Source: Candidatus Hodarchaeota archaeon
GTDB lineage: Archaea; Asgardarchaeota; Heimdallarchaeia; Hodarchaeales; Hodarchaeaceae
DNA length: 63,051 nucleotides
Direction: 5' to 3'
Assembly: GCA_016840035.1 (NCBI GenBank)
Contig: JAEOTC010000065.1
Span: 1-63,051, forward strand
The notes under the pieces are model-generated. The model ran no database searches. It had not been told where the DNA came from and saw nothing but the letters and a program-made list of their open reading frames with translations. Of the stretch, positions 60,889 to 63,051 are shown in pieces (position 1 is the first letter of the stretch; every line of letters starts with the position of its first letter). Both the position numbers and the translations under genes were made by a program.

Positions 60889-62574
60889 TCATTGGACTTT
60901 ACTTAGATTTCCTTTACAGTAGGGACAGACCTTAACTCCTGTTTTCCCAATATCCTCATAGCAACTCTCACAAACCATACGTGAGCATTGATCACATTGG
61001 TATGCGGAGTCAGTAGAAGGATGCTGCTCATTGTCTAATTGACAAAAGAATGCTTTTCTCTCATCTGGGAAAAATTTGTGAGTCTCTGGTTTTTGCTCAA
61101 CAGGAGTACCACAATTCTTACAGAATCTACTATCAGGCTTAAGAGTTTCATTACAGTTTCGACACCATTTTGAATCTGCGGGAGTTTTTCCTTTCGGTGT
61201 ACCATAATCACGCCCATGTAGTTTAGCCCCACAGTTCGTACAAAAGACATCACTAGGTCGATATTCTGCTTTACAACGATGACATTGGGTTTTTGTTACA
61301 GTAGGGGCAGGAGTTGGTGTTGGAGTGGGAGTTGATGGAGTACTGGGCGTAGTTGGTGTTGCACTCACAGTTTTCCTGGCACTTCTTCGCTGAATTACCG
61401 CAATGATAAGAATAACAACGATTATTAGGCCAATTCCCGCTAACCAGGGAGTTGCGCCTTGCCAATGATCCTCGTAAGTTACCTCTGTATTATATTTGAC
61501 ATCAAATGTTATTTCAACCGATTCTGCTGGATTAACAAAAGGATTCATATAAATGAAGAAATACCACGTTCCATCTCTTGGGATATCAAATGTTCCTTCT
61601 CGGCCAACCGCCAAATTTTCAATGGAAAATTCAGCAGCAGAGACATCAATATTACCTAAAGCTTCATAGTTAACCTGAAAATCTATAGTAATAGGCTGAT
61701 CTGTTGGGTTATACCAGACTAGGTACCAATCCTGAGCATAGGGACCTGTGAAGGTATTTGAATGAGTACCAGAACCTTGATACGAATCTTCTGGGATAAT
61801 TGTTTCCCAATTATTCCATCGATCAAGGTCATTTGCTTCAGCCACGAAGAAGTCGATATCACCACCTGATGTCACATTGAACTCGTAGATTAGGGTCGAA
61901 TCTTTCTTTAAGAAATATCCAATGTATTGATAGTCATGATCAGCCTGCACAACCATAGTTTCAGAGTAACTTCCCGTATATGTTTGATCTTGTGGTAGAT
62001 TTTCGAAAGTTTGATCCCATATGAGAAATGTGACCTCACTTGTCGCCTGAACATACCAATCTATAGTTTGGCCTGCTTTCATCGGTTCTCGTTCATACCA
62101 GTATTCATTATACCAGATCGTTTGTACATCTTGGTATGTAACAGTCCCAGTCGAATTACCACTCGCAAATGGATAGGGCACAAACGCCATTCCAATTATT
62201 GGGAGTAGAACTAGAAGTGCAATAATTCCTAGAACAGCCCCACCACCCCAATAAACTGGAGCATAATACCATCTACGATAGGGATATCCCCACCACCAGT
62301 TCCAGTACCACCAGCGACGATACCATGGACGATAGTATCCTCCCCAATATCGACGATGTCGTCTATGATGATAACTTCTACCTGGTCGAGATCTTGGTGC
62401 ACGAGAAACAGTTCTTCGTGAGCCAGTTCTACCGAAGGGACGTCCAGATCTTCTTACTGATCCTACTCGAAAACTACGACTACCACCTCGAAAACCTCCT
62501 CCTCGGAATCCACCACCGCCACGAAATCCACCGCCACCACCGCCACGAAATCCGCCGCCACCACCACGGGGCAT
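60889..62574 (-). CDS. Two-TM protein: RGG/Arg-Trp-Tyr-rich N-terminus, GOLD-like ectodomain, double zinc ribbon, RING-like C-terminus
   Basis: (FRGGG)n repeats; two hydrophobic helices; CHRC/CTNC/CRNC/CKNC; C-terminal CQLD..CDQC..CESC..CPYC. Confidence 0.85.
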   Translation of the reverse strand: MPRGGGGGFRGGGGGGFRGGGGFRGGGFRGGSRSFRVGSVRRSGRPFGRTGSRRTVSRAPRSRPGRSYHHRRHRRYWGGYYRPWYRRWWYWNWWWGYPYRRWYYAPVYWGGGAVLGIIALLVLLPIIGMAFVPYPFASGNSTGTVTYQDVQTIWYNEYWYEREPMKAGQTIDWYVQATSEVTFLIWDQTFENLPQDQTYTGSYSETMVVQADHDYQYIGYFLKKDSTLIYEFNVTSGGDIDFFVAEANDLDRWNNWETIIPEDSYQGSGTHSNTFTGPYAQDWYLVWYNPTDQPITIDFQVNYEALGNIDVSAAEFSIENLAVGREGTFDIPRDGTWYFFIYMNPFVNPAESVEITFDVKYNTEVTYEDHWQGATPWLAGIGLIIVVILIIAVIQRRSARKTVSATPTTPSTPSTPTPTPTPAPTVTKTQCHRCKAEYRPSDVFCTNCGAKLHGRDYGTPKGKTPADSKWCRNCNETLKPDSRFCKNCGTPVEQKPETHKFFPDERKAFFCQLDNEQHPSTDSAYQCDQCSRMVCESCYEDIGKTGVKVCPYCKGNLSKVQ

Positions 62575-62577
62575 TTT

Positions 62578-63051
62578 TTATTCCTCCTCTGGCATGGTTG
62601 TAGTTTCACGGAACACATAATCCCGAGAAACTGCAGCTAATAGGCATATAATGGCAATTACTGAGAACAGAAATCCTATGATATCAATCTGTACATTTGA
62701 TACTCGTAATACATCCATTAAAATAAATGAGATAAAGAACATCCATTCTAAAATGATTCCTAACAAACCTAATAGTATACCAATAGCTTGCCAATTTCGA
62801 GAAAGCTTAATCATCTTGTAATCGGCATATGCCCATTGAAAAATCGCATAGACACTCACTAGGCCTAAAATTATGAAGACAACGCCGTAAATTGATATAA
62901 GAAGCCACATAAGGCCGAATTGACCTTGAATGTCGATAAAACGGATCCAAAAACTGCCTCCGCGCGCTTCAAAAAGATAATAAGTGGCTGTAAATCCTCC
63001 TTGACTTGCAATGGGGGCTTTAAGGTAGCCAACAATCCCAATAAGCGGAGC
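62578..63051 (-). CDS. Hypothetical membrane protein, 5' end beyond the window
   Basis: The frame of the 110-aa ORF stays open to the window end (APLIGIVGYL...GQFGL-MWLL); at least 3 TM segments. Confidence 0.7.
   Translation of the reverse strand, partial: APLIGIVGYLKAPIASQGGFTATYYLFEARGGSFWIRFIDIQGQFGLMWLLISIYGVVFIILGLVSVYAIFQWAYADYKMIKLSRNWQAIGILLGLLGIILEWMFFISFILMDVLRVSNVQIDIIGFLFSVIAIICLLAAVSRDYVFRETTTMPEEE

Noticed and set aside
62480-62570. GC-rich CCACCGCCA tandem repeats as a DNA repeat array or CRISPR
   Set aside because: Explained by Gly/Arg codons of the RGG tract; no spacer structure.
1-63051. CRISPR arrays, rRNA, tRNA, selenocysteine read-through
   Set aside because: By eye I found no repeat-spacer periodicity, no cloverleaf or rRNA-like segment, and no in-frame TGA interrupting a recognisable gene. 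tRNAscan-SE and Infernal would be needed to exclude small RNAs.

Overview
This is an AT-rich, gene-dense prokaryotic window. The gene content points to an archaeon: Taw1 wyosine synthase, isopentenyl-phosphate kinase, archaeal-type Asp/AsnRS, a DRG GTPase, TrmB and GH57. It is most plausibly an Asgard (Heimdall/Hodarchaeales-like) archaeon, given the WD40, longin-like, GOLD-like/RING-like and MEDS-kinase proteins; this taxonomy is my inference. Most of the window is housekeeping and metabolic genes. The best candidates for new biology are: (1) a transposase-less 1.4-kb TnpB element (630-2046) whose nuclease has the Fanzor-type rearranged RuvC site and whose ends have imperfect terminal inverted repeats plus a 7-bp direct repeat, unlike IS200/IS605, inserted next to the aspS promoter; (2) a two-TM protein joining an RGG box, nested GOLD-like domains, zinc ribbons and a RING-like finger; (3) PCNA-interaction (PIP)-like motifs on a bacterial-type NAD-dependent ligase and on an orphan DNA methyltransferase; (4) a receiver domain fused to a longin/uDENN-like domain; and (5) an EF-hand-containing M48 protease beside a SERCA-type pump. 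I saw no CRISPR array, rRNA or tRNA. All family calls come from reading motifs by eye; no searches were run.
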